DNA of 64,000 nucleotides from Lama guanicoe (lineage: Eukaryota), in assembly GCA_013239625.1 (NCBI GenBank), contig MU053934.1, positions 1,977,031 through 2,041,030 of the forward strand. The letters are read 5' to 3'. The translations under genes were made by a program, and so were the position numbers. The notes below the pieces were generated by a model that had not been told where the DNA came from, did not search any database, and saw only the letters and a list, made by a program, of their open reading frames with translations. Below are positions 49,455 to 62,780 of the stretch, in pieces. Position 1 is the stretch's first letter. Each line of letters starts with the position of its first letter.

Positions 49455-49620
49455 TCATTTAATCATTCAGTCAACATATACTGAATACCTAATATTTTCA
49501 AAGTCCTGTTTTGATGACTGACAGAGTAAGAAAGATGAACAAAACAAAGCCCTTGCCTTCAAGGGAACTTTTACGTGGGAGGAGATACATGTGCACACAA
49601 AGATGTAAATGAGAATATTG
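49455..49620 (-). mobile_element. LINE2 3' fragment
   Basis: TCATTCAGTCAACATATACTGAATACC..CCTTGCCTTCAAGG. Confidence 0.65.
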
Positions 49621-50144
49621 CGCTTTTGTAATTTCTTTCAAGGTGCTCAACACAGCTATCTGAAAGATATTCATCCTCTTCTTCCAACCACATGCACTTC
49701 TATTTTCATACTAGCCGAATAATAGGATAAGAAGAATTTTCATTGGTAGGACTTTTACACATGACAAGAGAGTAAACTTTCCACCTAATAGTACATCTGC
49801 TTTGATTATCTCTGTATCTTTGATAACCAAAAGTCCACATTCTGTTCAACAGCATGAAAGCCAGGAGTCAAACTAAGCCCCCTGCAGAGACTCCACGTCT
49901 TTCTCATCGTGGTTTCCCAACAGTCTAGCACAGTGTCTAACACATGGTGGACACCCAAAAGAATGTGTGAGTAAATAAATGAAGTTCAATAACCAGAAAT
50001 TATTAGGCATTCCATTGCTGATTCAATCTTAGACAGCCCAAGTTCTCCTCTTCTACTCCTAAGACTCTATTTTGGACACTGATAAATTACGTTTCCCAAA
50101 AGAGAGCACACCAAAGATAACTGCCTTTAAATATTATATGTGCC

Positions 50145-51865
50145 AAAATGATCATGAGAAAGAGGAACAAAGCTGAAGGACTCACACTACAAAGCTACAA
50201 TAATCAAGACAGTGTAATACTGCATAAGAACAGACATACAGACCAATGAAGTACAACTGAGAGCCCAGAAATAAACCCTGACAGTTATGATCAACTGATT
50301 TTTGAAAAGGATGCCAGGAAAAATCAATGGAAGAAAGAATAATCGTTTCAGTAAAAGGTGCTGGGACAATTGGCTATCCCATTCAACAGAATGAAGCTGG
50401 AACTCTATATCACACCATATATAAAATTAACTCAAAATAGATCATAAACCTAAAATCGTAAAATGCTCAGAAGAAAACACAAGAGTACATTTTCATGACC
50501 TTCAGCTAGGCAATAGTTTCTTCAATATGACTACAAAAACACAAGCGACAAAGGAAAAACAGATAAATAAGACTTCATCAAAATTTAAAACTTTTGTGCT
50601 TCACAGGACACTATAAATTTTGAGGATCTAATATAGAGCATAGTGATTATAGTTAATAACACTGTATTATATACTTGAAAGTTGCTTAGAGTAGATCGTA
50701 AATGTTTCACCACAAAAAATAAATGGTAATTATGTGACATGATGCAGGTGTTAGTTAAAGCTATAGTGGTAATCACTTTGCAATATGTTAAGTGTATCAA
50801 ATCAACAAGTTGTACACCTTAAAATTACACAATGTTATATGCCAATTATGTCTCAAAAAAGCTAGGAGGATAAAAGACACCATTAAATGAGAAGACAACC
50901 TACAAAATGAGAGAAAATATTTGCAAATTCTATGTCTGATAAGGGACTTGTATTCAGAATATAAAACAACTCTTGAAAAGACAACCCAAATTTTCAAATG
51001 GGCAAACGATTTGAACAGAAAGTTCCCCAAAGAAGGTACACAAATGGCCATTAAGCACATGAAAAGATACACAACATGACTGGTTATTAGGGAAATGCAA
51101 ATCAAAACCACAATGAGATACCACTTCATACTCACTAGGATGGTTATAATCAAAAAAATCAGACAATAACAAGTATTAATAAGGATGTGGAGAAACTGGA
51201 ATCCCAAACACTGCTCTTGGAAACATAAAGTGGTACAGACACTTTGAAAACAGTTTGGAAATCCTCCTCAAAATGTTAAAACAAAACAAAACAAAACAAA
51301 AAAAAGTTACCATGTGACCCAACAATTCTACACTAGGTATAACCAAGAAAACTGAAAACATACATCCACATAAAACCTTGTACAAGAATGTTTATAGCAG
51401 AATTTTTTCATAACAGCCAAGAAGTAGAAATAATCCAAATGCCCATCAATTGATGAATGGATAAACATGGTATGGTATATCCATAACTGAATATTATTTG
51501 ATAATAAAAAGGTATAAAGTACTGATACAACATGGATGAATTTTTAAAATATCATGCTAAGTGAAGAAAATGAGAGACAAAAGGGCACAAATTATACGAT
51601 TCCATTTATATGAAATATTCAGAATGGGCAAATCCATAGAGAAAGAAAGTAGATTAGTAGTTTCAGGGACTAAAAGGAATGACTAGTGGGTACTGGGTTT
51701 TATTTTTGGTAATAGAAATGATCTGGAAGTAGATAGTGATGATGGATGCACAACTCTATGATTTTGCTTAAGACCATAAAACACTAAAAACCACTAAAGA
51801 TATTTTAAAAGGGTGAGATTTACAGTCTGTGGTTTATACGTCAATAAACATGTTATTTAGAAATA
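50145..51865 (+). mobile_element. L1M (MB-like) ORF2 3' part and 3'UTR
   Basis: AEGLTL remnant, REMQIKTTMRYHFILTRMVII, GATTCCATTTATATGAAATATTCAGAATGGGCAAATCCATAGAG. Confidence 0.9.
50615..50875 (+). mobile_element. L1MA-like 3' end nested in the older L1
   Basis: TATAGTTAATAACACTGTATTATATACTTGAAAGTTGCT..TACACCTTAAAATTACACAATGTTATAT..CTCAAAAAAGCT; flanked by GACACTAT (50607-50614) / GACACCAT (50876-50883). Confidence 0.8.
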
Positions 51866-52719
51866 ATAATTATAGGTAATCAACATTACCTATGGTTATT
51901 TTCACACTAATTTTTACAGGAGAGACATATGCAGCTTAGACCATAACAAAAAGAACAGGGCTCCTTCTGAAATTCTCAGGTGTCTTGTTTGCTCTAGAGT
52001 CTATAAATCTGCTTCAACACCATTCCCTACAGATTTTAAGAATAATGATGACAAAGATGATAACCATTATATACTGAGCCACCAATCAGGTATACTTCCA
52101 GGATGGAAGGGAGGAGAAAGACAAAGTGATAAAGAGAAGGAGATAATAGAGCATAGATAATATGTGGGAAAGTCAAAACTTTCAACCCAGGTCTACAGGA
52201 CTCTAAAGCCCCTGTTCTTCCCATTTTATCAAATTCTCTTCTCTAACAACCATCCCATATTATTCCTTTACAGTAGTTATTTCAAGATTGTCTGAGAAAG
52301 GAATTACAGGATTAAGAAAGTAATCAAAAACACCCAAAAGCATAATTAACAAAGATTCATCACTCCCAGAGACTATCCCAAGAATAAACTATAACTGAGT
52401 TCAGCAATGCAGAGAACTTCTTATAAGGAGAAAAAAAAAGAGATCACCTTCCTACAAGCCACTATTTCAAACAACTTGAAGAGCAAAGACAGAGGGAATA
52501 GGCTGCACAGAGATATGCCAGAGGAAAGGCATTCACCTCTCCGTCTGCCTTAGCAGACCAGGACCCTCTTCTTCCCCGTCTCTCACAGGAGGCGATCTGG
52601 AACCCTCCAGCCCTCAGAAATGGCCTCCACTCGGAAAGTACCCTATACTTCATGACAAAGGCTTGCTTTCCTCGTTCGTTCTACCACCTATACATACCTG
52701 TCCCTTCAAAATGCACTAA

Positions 52720-52970
52720 CATCGTATGTTTTTGAATTTTATGGAAATGGATCCTATTGCACAGCAATTTCCTTTTCCTCTCAATACTAGATTTATCTCC
52801 ACTTATGCATATCACTGTATTTCACTAATTTTGACTACTGCTTAACATTTTATCTTAGAAATATGTCACAACTTATTTGTCTTGTTTTCCTGTTAATAGA
52901 CATTTAAATTGTTTCCAGTTATGCTTTTAGTTGGCACTCACAAACCATGATGCCTGTGAACATTCTTTTA
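52720..52970 (-). mobile_element. L1ME-like fragment
   Basis: TTAATAGACATTTAAATTGTTTCCAGTT..GTGAACATTCTTT. Confidence 0.6.
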
Positions 52971-52974
52971 GGTT

Positions 52975-53635
52975 TGAGGTATCACTTTTCACTCATGAAA
53001 CTGGCGAACATGAAAATGGAAATATCACAAATTGACAAGAAGAAGAGTAAATACGTATCTTCACATCTAAGAGTAGGAATATGTAAGTATATTAGGACCA
53101 CTCTTTTGGAAAGCAACTTGACAATACTTATTAAAATATAAAATACACATAGTTTCTTATAATTTCATATCTCTGATCTGTTTATCTAGAGAATCATCTA
53201 AACTTGTGCTCAAAGAAGCATGTGCAAAGATTTCTAATGCAGTCATGCTAGCAACAGTGAAAAACTACAATTTTAGTCTCCATTAATAATAGGGAAATAG
53301 TGTTATTAACGATTCCATTATTTCAACATCCTCTGTGCACATTTTTTCAAAGGCAAAATCTCTATGAACTATCTCAAGTCCTTTTAAGTGACAGTGAAAC
53401 GGTCAGTGTGCTATTCCTTTAAATCGCAATACAAAAAGAGGTATCTCTACTTGCATATTTAAAAAGTGAACAAATGCATAGAGAAGACCGAGAAGAATAC
53501 ACAACAAGCTTCTAACAGTGGTTACCTCTAGGGAGAATAAAATTTGTGGAAGGTTGAGAGGCCATGCTTTATGTGAACTGTTTGAATTTTATAAAATGTA
53601 AAATTCATGTATTACTTGGAATATTAAAAAGAACC
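52975..53635 (+). mobile_element. L1ME-like fragment
   Basis: ACCACTCTTTTGGAAAGCAACTTGACAATA..TAACAGTGGTTACCTCTAGGGAG. Confidence 0.65.
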
Positions 53636-53679
53636 AAAGAAGTCCTTAGTGCCAGTGTTTCATAATGTTTTATAATGTA

Positions 53680-53870
53680 CAAAAACACCTTCACATAATC
53701 TTATTTAGTCTTCATAATGCAGAAAATAGGTTTTATAACGCTCATCTTACAGATGATAAAACTGAATTTCAGAAAGATTAAGTGATTTGCTCAAGGCCAA
53801 ATAGCTAATGATAGCTGCACTGCCTTCAGACTTGGGTCTTTTAACTCTACACCCAGTATTTCTGCTACTT
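53680..53870 (-). mobile_element. MIR SINE
   Basis: CATCTTACAGATGATAAAACTGA..TTAAGTGATTTGCTCAAGGCCA. Confidence 0.8.
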
Positions 53871-56059
53871 CATGACGAGTACAGACTGGTACTGGTCCTG
53901 GTCAGATGATTACAATTGTCTAAAAATGTGCAGATCTTAAAAACGTGAGTTTTTAATCAGTGTAAAAACAATTACTGGTATTTAAAGCAAAGACAAAATT
54001 ACAAGGCAAGCTAATGGAGCAGATGGGATAGAAACGAGACCTGTTAAGACTCCAAACAAGCAAAGCTGGAACAGCTATACTGCTATAAGCAAGAGTCACT
54101 GACCCAGTAACACTGAAAGACTTAGAAACTGACTCTGCCTAGGCACAGATGTTGCTCAAAAACAAAAAGAATGTGTAAGAAATAAAATACTAACCATAGA
54201 ATTTTACTACAATTAAACCTGTTTAGAAACTTCTGGTAAGTGAATATGTGAAACAGTAACAGCCTTAAGTAATTGTCAAACAGAGCAGCTCTGATGGACG
54301 GAGCACATGCAATGCACATGGAAAGAAGTGAAGAAAAATATTACCTTACTTTTGTATTCTTCACGGCTGCTTATATGCTCCCATTGCACCTATGTTTGAA
54401 AAATCCATTTAAGCAGGAGAATCCTTCATTCATTCATTCAGTAAAAACGGACTGAACAACTGCTTTACAACAAGCACAGTGCTGGTAGCCCTGCCTTTGA
54501 GGAGCTCCAAGTTGTAATAATTACAAGATAATGTGACTGATAACATAACTAACATCTACAAAAATTACAGGACTCCAGAAGATCTTTTGAAAGTGTGGGA
54601 GTGGGGGTGGGGGCTGAGTAGATAATAGCCTCTAACCTCTTATCGGCGGACAAGATCCTGTACTGTGATGGACTGATGCATGTTGAAAAGATACAAAGGA
54701 TTTTAAAGCCACTGTTCTAAATGCATTCTAAAAATCATCAGCATTATTTCCAAATGATTAGCCAATACATTTGTCCATTCCAAATTAAAATTACCCAGAA
54801 TACTGCACCTGGGAGGTACAACAGAAAAGAACGGTTTCCTTAAGCATTTTAAAAATATAGTAAAAAAAAAAAGAGGTGCTAAGAGGACTTAACAATTAAG
54901 ATCCAAAAAAAGCCCTGCTTTCAGTACAGAAACATAGTAGTGATATAACATACTAGCTATAAATTCTAAGCAATGATCAGTAAAACACTAACTGAGGAGC
55001 CTAAGGAAGACACCACTGTGCCAATCTCCCCTGGTTTCACCCACTGAATCATATGTTCAGCATAGAGATTTATTACAAGAGTATTTCATACTGGCTTCTA
55101 TCACTGATGCACATTTTCTAGGAGCAGGAAATGGAAATGCACAAGGAAATTACACCAAGCAATTAGAAAAAAAAAATTTTTAACCCATCCTATTGTCTTT
55201 CTTTTGTGTCTAACAAAATCAAAGCCATTTCACAAAATGGAAAGGGAAGAAAAATACTGAGAATGAGACAAAATAAATTCCTGCCACCATGCAATTTGGG
55301 GATAGGAAAGTAAAAGGAAGCAAAGAAAATTAAGAATGAAGCTGTCCTCTAACAAACAAAGCCTGGACAATGGTACAAGCCCAGATTTTTCACTGACCTT
55401 CTTTCAGCTGAAAATTCATTTCACATCATCTCATACACATTTAATAATGGAGGCAAAGATTGATTTAGATCACACTGGCTGGGGGGAAAAAAAAGCAAAT
55501 CAAGTTTCCCAGGGTATTTCACTTACCTTGTTTTGCAGCCCAAGTTACTGTTTTTCAAGTAGTAAGCCTACTTTTGAATCAGGACATGGGAGAGAACACC
55601 ACAGGAACTGAAGATGTACCTAAGTTTCATATGCTATTACATGCAAAAACCAACGCAAGCAACAAGTACCTTTGGGTCAAGAAAAGGCACTGCAAAGTGA
55701 CCACAGGACATCATTTTGCATCCAAATCTTTAGGTTCAAAGATAAGATGGAGGCATATAAGGGATATGAATCTGGCAGTATCTAACAACACAGTATCAAC
55801 ATATGGCCCAACTGTAACTGGTCAACTAAACTTGATGCTACAATAAAATAAAATAAAACACAGAGTAATTCATCCCACCTCCCATCAAGAAAGTGACAAT
55901 AGTTCTTTGTTACATTCACCACTTCCACTCCAAACACCCTGTCTTTTTTTTTAAAGAGACAGCTCTTTTGGGGGTCACTTTATCTCAGACCTAGGGAAAG
56001 TTCTATTATAAATTAATTTTATATCAATGATTTTACCATGTATCAATCATATTATTACA

Positions 56060-56226
56060 CTATATCTATTATATTACATCTGCTATTCCTTAGAGTTCTC
56101 TGTACTTCTTACGAGCCAATCCCTTATTATTTCAATCTTCTGTTATAGCAAATAAATCTTTAAATTAAATTCCCTGTCTAAACTACTTTGTAGTCTCTTC
56201 CTCCTGATTGGACCCAGGCTGGTACA
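56060..56226 (+). mobile_element. ERVL-type LTR 3' fragment
   Basis: AATAAATCTT..TCCTCCTGATTGGACCCAGGCTGGTACA, an LTR-like end. Confidence 0.45.
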
Positions 56227-56254
56227 GATGAGCTGAAACAAAATGCTTATTACA

Positions 56255-56445
56255 GCCACTTACCTTATACAGGACAGACTTAATGCTTCATGTTTTCCAT
56301 ACATTATTATTTTGTATTCTCACTAAAACTCTGTAACATCCTCTCAACAGTAAGAAAACTGAGGCTCAGAAAACTGTGCAGTCTGTCAACAATAATGCAA
56401 ACCCAGGTCTGTCCAAAACTCTAGTCCCTGCTGACTCCCTACCAT
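56255..56445 (-). mobile_element. MIR SINE
   Basis: AAGAAAACTGAGGCTCAGA..AAACCCAGGTCTGTC. Confidence 0.7.
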
Positions 56446-56556
56446 GGCATTTATTTTTTTCTTCACAGAACCTAGCAACCCTTCTTAAAGAACTAAACAT
56501 CTACATATCGGAAAAGAATGAACAAAGAAGTCCTGGAAGTCTCAGAAAGAGCAGCT

Positions 56557-57047
56557 TGTGAGGTTGGCCTTGACTGGTGCCTGGGAACTTAGATTTCATG
56601 AGGTTCTAGTCCCAGAGCTGGTAAGAGTGGCTCATTGTGCCTGAATTGTCTAACAATACAATTTATGCTGGACACCTGCTTTCCTTCTGGGCATCTAGAA
56701 TTTGGGTTTGTGCTAAGCAGAGGGTACCTATGTGAACAACCCTTCCTATCCACAGCCAAAAAAAAAAAATTTCAGCACTACGTCTCTAATGAGCTTCACC
56801 GGTAGACAACACTGCCACAACTGGCTGGAGGGAAACAGCACAGCCTCTGTGCCACTGCGGGGGGAAAAGTCCTGTAAAATTGAGCCTGATTTCTTCCGGA
56901 CTGCACCCCATGCACTTTTCTCCTTGGTGATTTTTGCTTTGTATCCTTTCTCTGTTACAAATCACAGCCATGAGTACATCTATACACTGAATTCTGTAAA
57001 TTCTAGCAAACTACTGGAACCAGAGTAGTCCTGGGGACCCCCAATCA
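56557..57047 (+). mobile_element. ERVL solo LTR (MER21-like)
   Basis: TGTGAGGTTGGCCTTGACTGGTGCCTGGGAAC..CTAATGAGCTTC..TTGCTTTGTATCCTTTC..CAGCCATGAGTAC..CCTGGGGACCCCC. Confidence 0.75.
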
Positions 57048-57369
57048 ACCTATGATACGCCAAGCATTTTATTAAGCACAAAGGATACAAAGATGAACAG
57101 AGCCTTTGCCCTCAAGGAATTTTACAGTCTATTTAAATTTCCCTTCTTTCACTTCTCTGATCTTCACTTCGTAGTCTGTTCACCACTTAAAATAGATTAG
57201 ATACATTTCCCTGAGCTAAATTTCATTCTTGGTGCTGAAATGATGCTAAATATTTAATAAGTCCATCAGGCAAAATCTGAGATACAAAGCTCTAATAAAC
57301 TCGAAGGCTACACATATTTTCTCTCCACATTCCCCATCTTACTGTGTTCCTCATTAAAAATAAATTGAC

Positions 57370-57990
57370 AAACCCTTGTACATTGCTGGTAAGAATATAA
57401 AATGGTGCAGCTGCTACAGAAAATAGTTTGGCAGTTCCTCAAAAAGTTAAATACAGAACTACCACACAGCCCGGCAATTCCACTCCTAGGTATATTCCCC
57501 AAAGAATTAAAAACAGGCCTTCATACAAATTCTTGTACACACTATGCAAAACAGCCAGAGACTGGAAACAACACAAATGTCCATCAATGAATGAATAAAT
57601 TATGGTATATACAAATATTACTCAGCTATAAAAAGGAACAAAGTACTGATATATGCTACAACATGAATGAACCTTGAAAACTATGACAGTAAGTGAAAGA
57701 AGCCAGACATAAAAGGTCATATACTGTGTAATTCTATTTATGTGAAATATCCAGAATAGGTAAATCCATAGAAGCAGAAAGCAGATTGGTGGTTGTCAGA
57801 GACTGGAAGGAAGAAGAAATGGAGGGTGACTGCTTAATAGGTACGGGGTTCTTTTGAGGGTTATAAAAATACTGGGAACTAGATAGAGGTGGTGGCTGCA
57901 CAACAATGTGAATGTGCTAAATTCTACCAAATTATTCACTTTTAAAAGTGAATTTTATGTTATGTGAATTTTATTCTCAATAAGAAATTT
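57370..57990 (+). mobile_element. L1MB-like 3'UTR
   Basis: CATTGCTGGTAAGAATATAAAATGGTGCAGCTGC..AATATCCAGAATAGGTAAATCCATAG..TTCTCAATAA. Confidence 0.9.
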
Positions 57991-58619
57991 TTTCCGAAAA
58001 GCAGTGCAGTATACAATACGGTGATAATGAAGAAAACCAACCTTCCTGAGGTTATATGAATGGGTACTTATAGCTTAAAGTAAAATCATTAGGGACTACA
58101 ATAGAAATAGATTTAAAAAAGTGCTATATCTGAGTATACACTCTGGAAAACTATTTGAAGACTCAAAGTAGTTCTAAGCAATGATAAAGATACTGATGCA
58201 GTCAAGTATGTATAAATTTTCTTTGAAAAACCACAGAAAATAAAATGTTTCTAAGTTATTACATGATATTGTATATGATTTTACATATGTATGTATAAAC
58301 AAATAAAATCAATATTTTAAAGACATTTGCATATTTCATCAACATCCCTAAAAATTTATATATTTAGGGTGGCCTATACTTTCAATGGAAAAACAGCTTA
58401 AAGCCTTATATTCAGGGTTTCCTCATACTCAGGCATTTATAGCACATATACGTAACTTTTTTTTCTTAAGCCTAGAAGGATGTATTCCAAAGCGTTTAGT
58501 GATTATATGTCTTGGTGTTGAGTTTAGGTTTATGAGTGATACATATATTTTTTCTTTTGCTTATCTGTATTTTCTAACTTTTCGATAACGAACACATATT
58601 ATTTTTCAATTAACCATCA

Positions 58620-58750
58620 AAAAACAGAGATAATAACAGTACCTTCTCAGGGATGCTGTGAGGAGTAAACAATACACATAAAGCCCTTAACACAGTAGTC
58701 AGGACATTATAAGCATGCATTAAATGTTTGGTAATAGGGGTATTATTATG
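58620..58750 (+). mobile_element. MIR 3' part
   Basis: ATAATAACAGTACC..TGTGAGGAG..CATAAAGCCCTTAACACAGT. Confidence 0.7.
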
Positions 58751-59044
58751 TTCATGTTTTTGTAAATATTCCTCAGGATACATATCTTTCATCACCTATG
58801 GCAAAAGCATTCACCTTAATCCAGGCTTGGGACACCTGAGTCAAGCCTAAATAACTGTAATAATAGCTTCTTAGCTGGTTCAGAAGCTTCCATCCACCTC
58901 ATCCCAATTTTCTTACCAAGGCCATGGTTACGTTCATCAGACACCACTCATATCACTCCCATGCTAATGGCCCTCCCCTGTTTACGTGATCAAGTTTCCA
59001 AAACTCTAAATCTGGCCTCACCTGGTCATTTTCTTTTTCTCCCC

Positions 59045-59330
59045 ATTTATTTATTCCTTCAACAAACTTTTACTGAGGGACATTCATGAGTCTGGCACTA
59101 TCATAGAAACAGAAAGACAAATGAGTTACTGATTCTTTTAAGGAACTCAGTCTAGTAAGAGACACAGGCATGTAAACAAGCACAACACAAATCATGCAAT
59201 AAAATGAAATATAAGGTCCAAAGTGAAGAAGTGTACAAGGCTGATAATGGAATGAGAAAGGCACGAAGAAGTCACAAAGAAGAACTCGCGGGAGGCAAGA
59301 TCTGGATGAGGTTTGAAGGATGACTGCAAA
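59045..59330 (-). mobile_element. LINE2 3' portion
   Basis: TTTATTCCTTCAACAAACTTTTACTGAG..TTTAAGGAACTCAGTCTAG. Confidence 0.65.
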
Positions 59331-59550
59331 CAGCTAATTTCCAGATCTACATTTTACTCAATTTACTTCCCACCTTAGGGTGTTCTCCCACATTGACTCA
59401 GCTTAAGTAAAATCTAGCAAAATCCTACCTCCCTTCACAATGCAATTCCTGTAACTATGGATTAGTATATTTTCAAACTATGAGTCAGGACCCATTCATG
59501 CCTTATTTAATTTAAGAGGTCTCAAACATTATTGAAAAAAAAAATTAGAG

Positions 59551-60517
59551 CAGCAGCTCTCAAACTTCTTGGTCTTAGAATCCTTTTACACTCTTAAAAA
59601 TTATTAACGATCCCGAAGGACTTTTGTTTATGGGAGTTAATAAGTATTGGAATTTGTCTATTAGAAACTAAAACTGAGTAATTTTAAAAATATTTGTTAA
59701 TTCATTTTAAAATACCAATAATAAATCACTATGCTAACATAAAAATATTTTATGAAAATTAACTATATTTTATAAAGCAAAAAATCTGGTGAGAACAGTG
59801 CCACTGTCTTACATTTTTGCAAATATCTTTCACAACCAACTTAATAGAAGATGGCTAAGATACATGCTTCTGCATTCAGTCTGTTGTGATATGTTATTTT
59901 GGTTCAAGTGTATGAAGAAAATCTGCCCTTCCACAGATACGTATTTGGAAAACGTGGAGTATTTTAATAGTATTTTCACATATCTATGGATATTCTTCCT
60001 TAATATTATACCAAAACTTAAAAAGTAACAGTTTCTTAAAACTTAGTTGCAGTGTGGTATCTGCAACCATACCAATGAATTTTTCATTCTCTGTCATATT
60101 AAAACTCATTGGCCTATCTTGTATTTTGAATGAATTTTTACCTATCATGATTATGTAACACTATGCACTGTTCATTTATAAGATACTGGTTCACTAAGTT
60201 ATAAAGACCTTCTCAATATTGAAACATATTTCATTATATAATATCAATAAAACTAGCTTTTTTCCCCTTCTTTAACTGCAAATGTGTGGTGGTGAAAAAA
60301 ATAAATGACCACCAGTACAGCTTGGTACCAGTGCCTTGATTCATGCTAGGATGTCAGCAGTTTTCCCATCTCTGCTCATACAGCATCAGTGCAAATGTCA
60401 ACGTAGTAGGAAAGGCAAGGAATATCTCAGTGTTATAAAGAGTTTTGATCTTGAAGACCCCCTCAGAGGTTCTTGGGCATCTTCAGGGGTCCATGGATCA
60501 CACTTTAAGAATCACTA
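59551..60517 (-). mobile_element. Charlie1-type hAT DNA transposon deletion derivative with both termini
   Basis: Left end CAGCAGCTCTCAAACTTCTTGGTC..CCTTTTACACTCTTAAAAATTATT; right end GGGGTCCATGGATCACACTTTAAGAATCACTA, imperfectly inverted. Confidence 0.8.
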
Positions 60518-60999
60518 TACCGGACTACAATAGTACTTCTAAACAGAAAGAAAGAATCAAGTACCTCACTTTAGTAGGGTAAATCATTCCATGAAACTCC
60601 TTTTGGTCACACAGATACAGATAAACATCTAACTATATACTACGTTGTCACATAAAAAGGATCTCTTATCATGGGTCATGGTCACAAACCCACGGTCAAA
60701 CAACCCTTGTGTTGTCACAGTCACCTGAAACTGCTGTTTTGTTGAACTGAAGACTTCACAAGCTTTGCCATTTAAAAAAAAAAAAAGATACCTCTTAATT
60801 AGCCTCAGAGTATAAAGGAAATACATCCCAAAAGGGCAATTCTGCAACATTCCAAAAGTCCCTCTGAGATAGGTCAACATGTGAACAGTTTAGACAGAAA
60901 GGTAAATATAGACAAAATAAATTTTAACTGGCATAGATTAGCTATTTCAATAGAGCTTTTATAACAGTCTCCTCACTCACATTGCTATTCAACATCATG

Positions 61000-61160
61000 T
61001 CAAACCAGTTCTGCTGCTATTAGCTGAGTGACTTAGGGCAAGTTGCTCAACCTTTCTGATCTATTATGCCTGTACCTTGAAGAGATGTTAAGATTAGGCA
61101 TAATATATACCAAGTGCCTAGGAGTGTACCTATCCCTTAGACGAAAACTATTATTATAAC
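61000..61160 (+). mobile_element. MIR SINE
   Basis: TAGCTGAGTGACTTAGGGCAAGTTGCTCAACCTTTCTG. Confidence 0.7.
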
Positions 61161-61869
61161 AATTTTTACTATATGCTTTGGGTTCACAATCCTCTCATAT
61201 CCCTCAGTCCCCTAAGATTTGTATGACTGAGTGACAATGAACTTTTCTATTTCCTACCCCTGCTGTTGCATCCAATGCCCTACTGGCTACAACTGCCAAT
61301 TCTCTGACCTAAATTCTCTGCCATCTACTTCTGGTGTTCCCAGAGCATGTCCCTGAACTTCCTCTTATATTAATTCCCTGGTCAGAAAAAAAGTAATGCT
61401 CATTACTTATCAATTCAATGATCTTCTGATTACTGCCATGTTAATTCTTGCTAGGAACTAGTCTAAAAGGCTTTAAATGAAATCATCTGAATCTATTTTT
61501 TTTTAGTATCAATTTTAAAACACAAACTTAACTTTCTAAAACATACAGTCAACTACAAAGAATTACGGAAAAAGCTGCCTTTATCAAACTTCATCATACC
61601 TGATTCTTGTACCAGCCCCACTACTCAGCTCCTATAGTTCTTCCAGCCCTTTTAGATAATAGTCTCCATTAAGTAAAAGGCACTGAACAGAAAAAGGTGG
61701 CCAAGAAAACTATATGTACAGTTTTCTGTAGTACAATTAGATGCTTGAAATAGCTGAGATAAGGGCAAGAGGCAAGGAAATTACCCAGACAGGATGGTGC
61801 CGGGTCTCAACTGGTGGCCCTTTCTGAGGGAACAGAACTACTATACAGATCATTACTGAAGGGGGGGGG

Positions 61870-62060
61870 CACTAATGTACACAGACACTGCAATGTGCTA
61901 GATACTTTATACACGGTACTTGACGGTCTAGGTATTACTTCCATTATCAGGCGAGGACACTGATACTCAGAGAGGTTAAATGACAAGATCAAGGCCAAAC
62001 AACTAGGAAGTGGTAGAGGCAGAGGCACAACTATAACTCCATTCTTTCCATTACATGGCA
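61870..62060 (-). mobile_element. MIR SINE
   Basis: GAGGACACTGATACTCAGAGAGGTTAAATGAC..CTAGGAAGTGGTAGAG. Confidence 0.7.
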
Positions 62061-62213
62061 CATAGTGACTTAGCCCAGAAAAGCAATAGGGAAGGTATGT
62101 GCATGCTCATCTACACAGTGGGTTAGCCTGTTTCTCTTCTACCAAGTGGGAATAACTGAGAGATAATCTTTTAACCTGTAGTTATCACCCAATTACTCTC
62201 ACTGGTAGAAAAG

Positions 62214-62500
62214 CAGTGTTTCTTAAGTTTTAACACGCATGCAGGTCACTGCAGGGTATCTTGTTAAAAACGCAGATTCTGATTCAGTGGATTTGGGGTA
62301 GCACCCGAGATTCTGCATTTCTAATAAGATCCCAGGAAATGATGATGCTTCCAGTGCTTGGCCCATACTCAAAACAGATTACAGGCAGAGATTCCCAAAC
62401 CTGGCTGATCATCAGAATCATCCAGGAATCATTCTAAAATTATAGATTTCTGAGCCCCTCCCTCCTGGACATTCAGTGGTATGTGAAATCTTCTACCTCA
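62214..62500. mobile_element. Two adjacent MER5-type MITEs
   Basis: CAGTGTTTCTTAAG..CAGATTCTGATTCAGT..TGCATTTCTAATAAG; then CAGAGATTCCCAAACCTGGCTG..CATCAGAATCATCCAGG. Confidence 0.75.
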
Positions 62501-62539
62501 TAATTCTGTAATTCAAAGAACTGTAGAATCATTAATGAC

Positions 62540-62780
62540 AATAGCCAACGCAAGCACTGATTGAGAACATACCAAATATCTAAGTGCTTTCCATATTGGT
62601 TTACTCACCCTCGCCAGCACACTATAATGTTGGTACTTATAGCACCATCATTCCCATTTCAGATGTGAGGAAACCAATGCACCAAGAGACTGCTACCTGT
62701 CCAAGGTCAGTCACTGAGTAGCAGAACAGGGGTGGAGACTTGAGCCAGTCTGGTTCCAAAGAGTCTGTGCTCTCAGAAAC
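62540..62780 (-). mobile_element. MIR SINE
   Basis: TTCCCATTTCAGATGTGAGGAAAC..CCTGTCCAAGGTCA. Confidence 0.65.

Noticed and set aside
50187..51385. Hydrophobic minus-strand ORFs (up to 136 aa), also 40837-41222 and 57308-57590
   Set aside because: Chance readings, mostly antisense, of degenerate L1 sequence.
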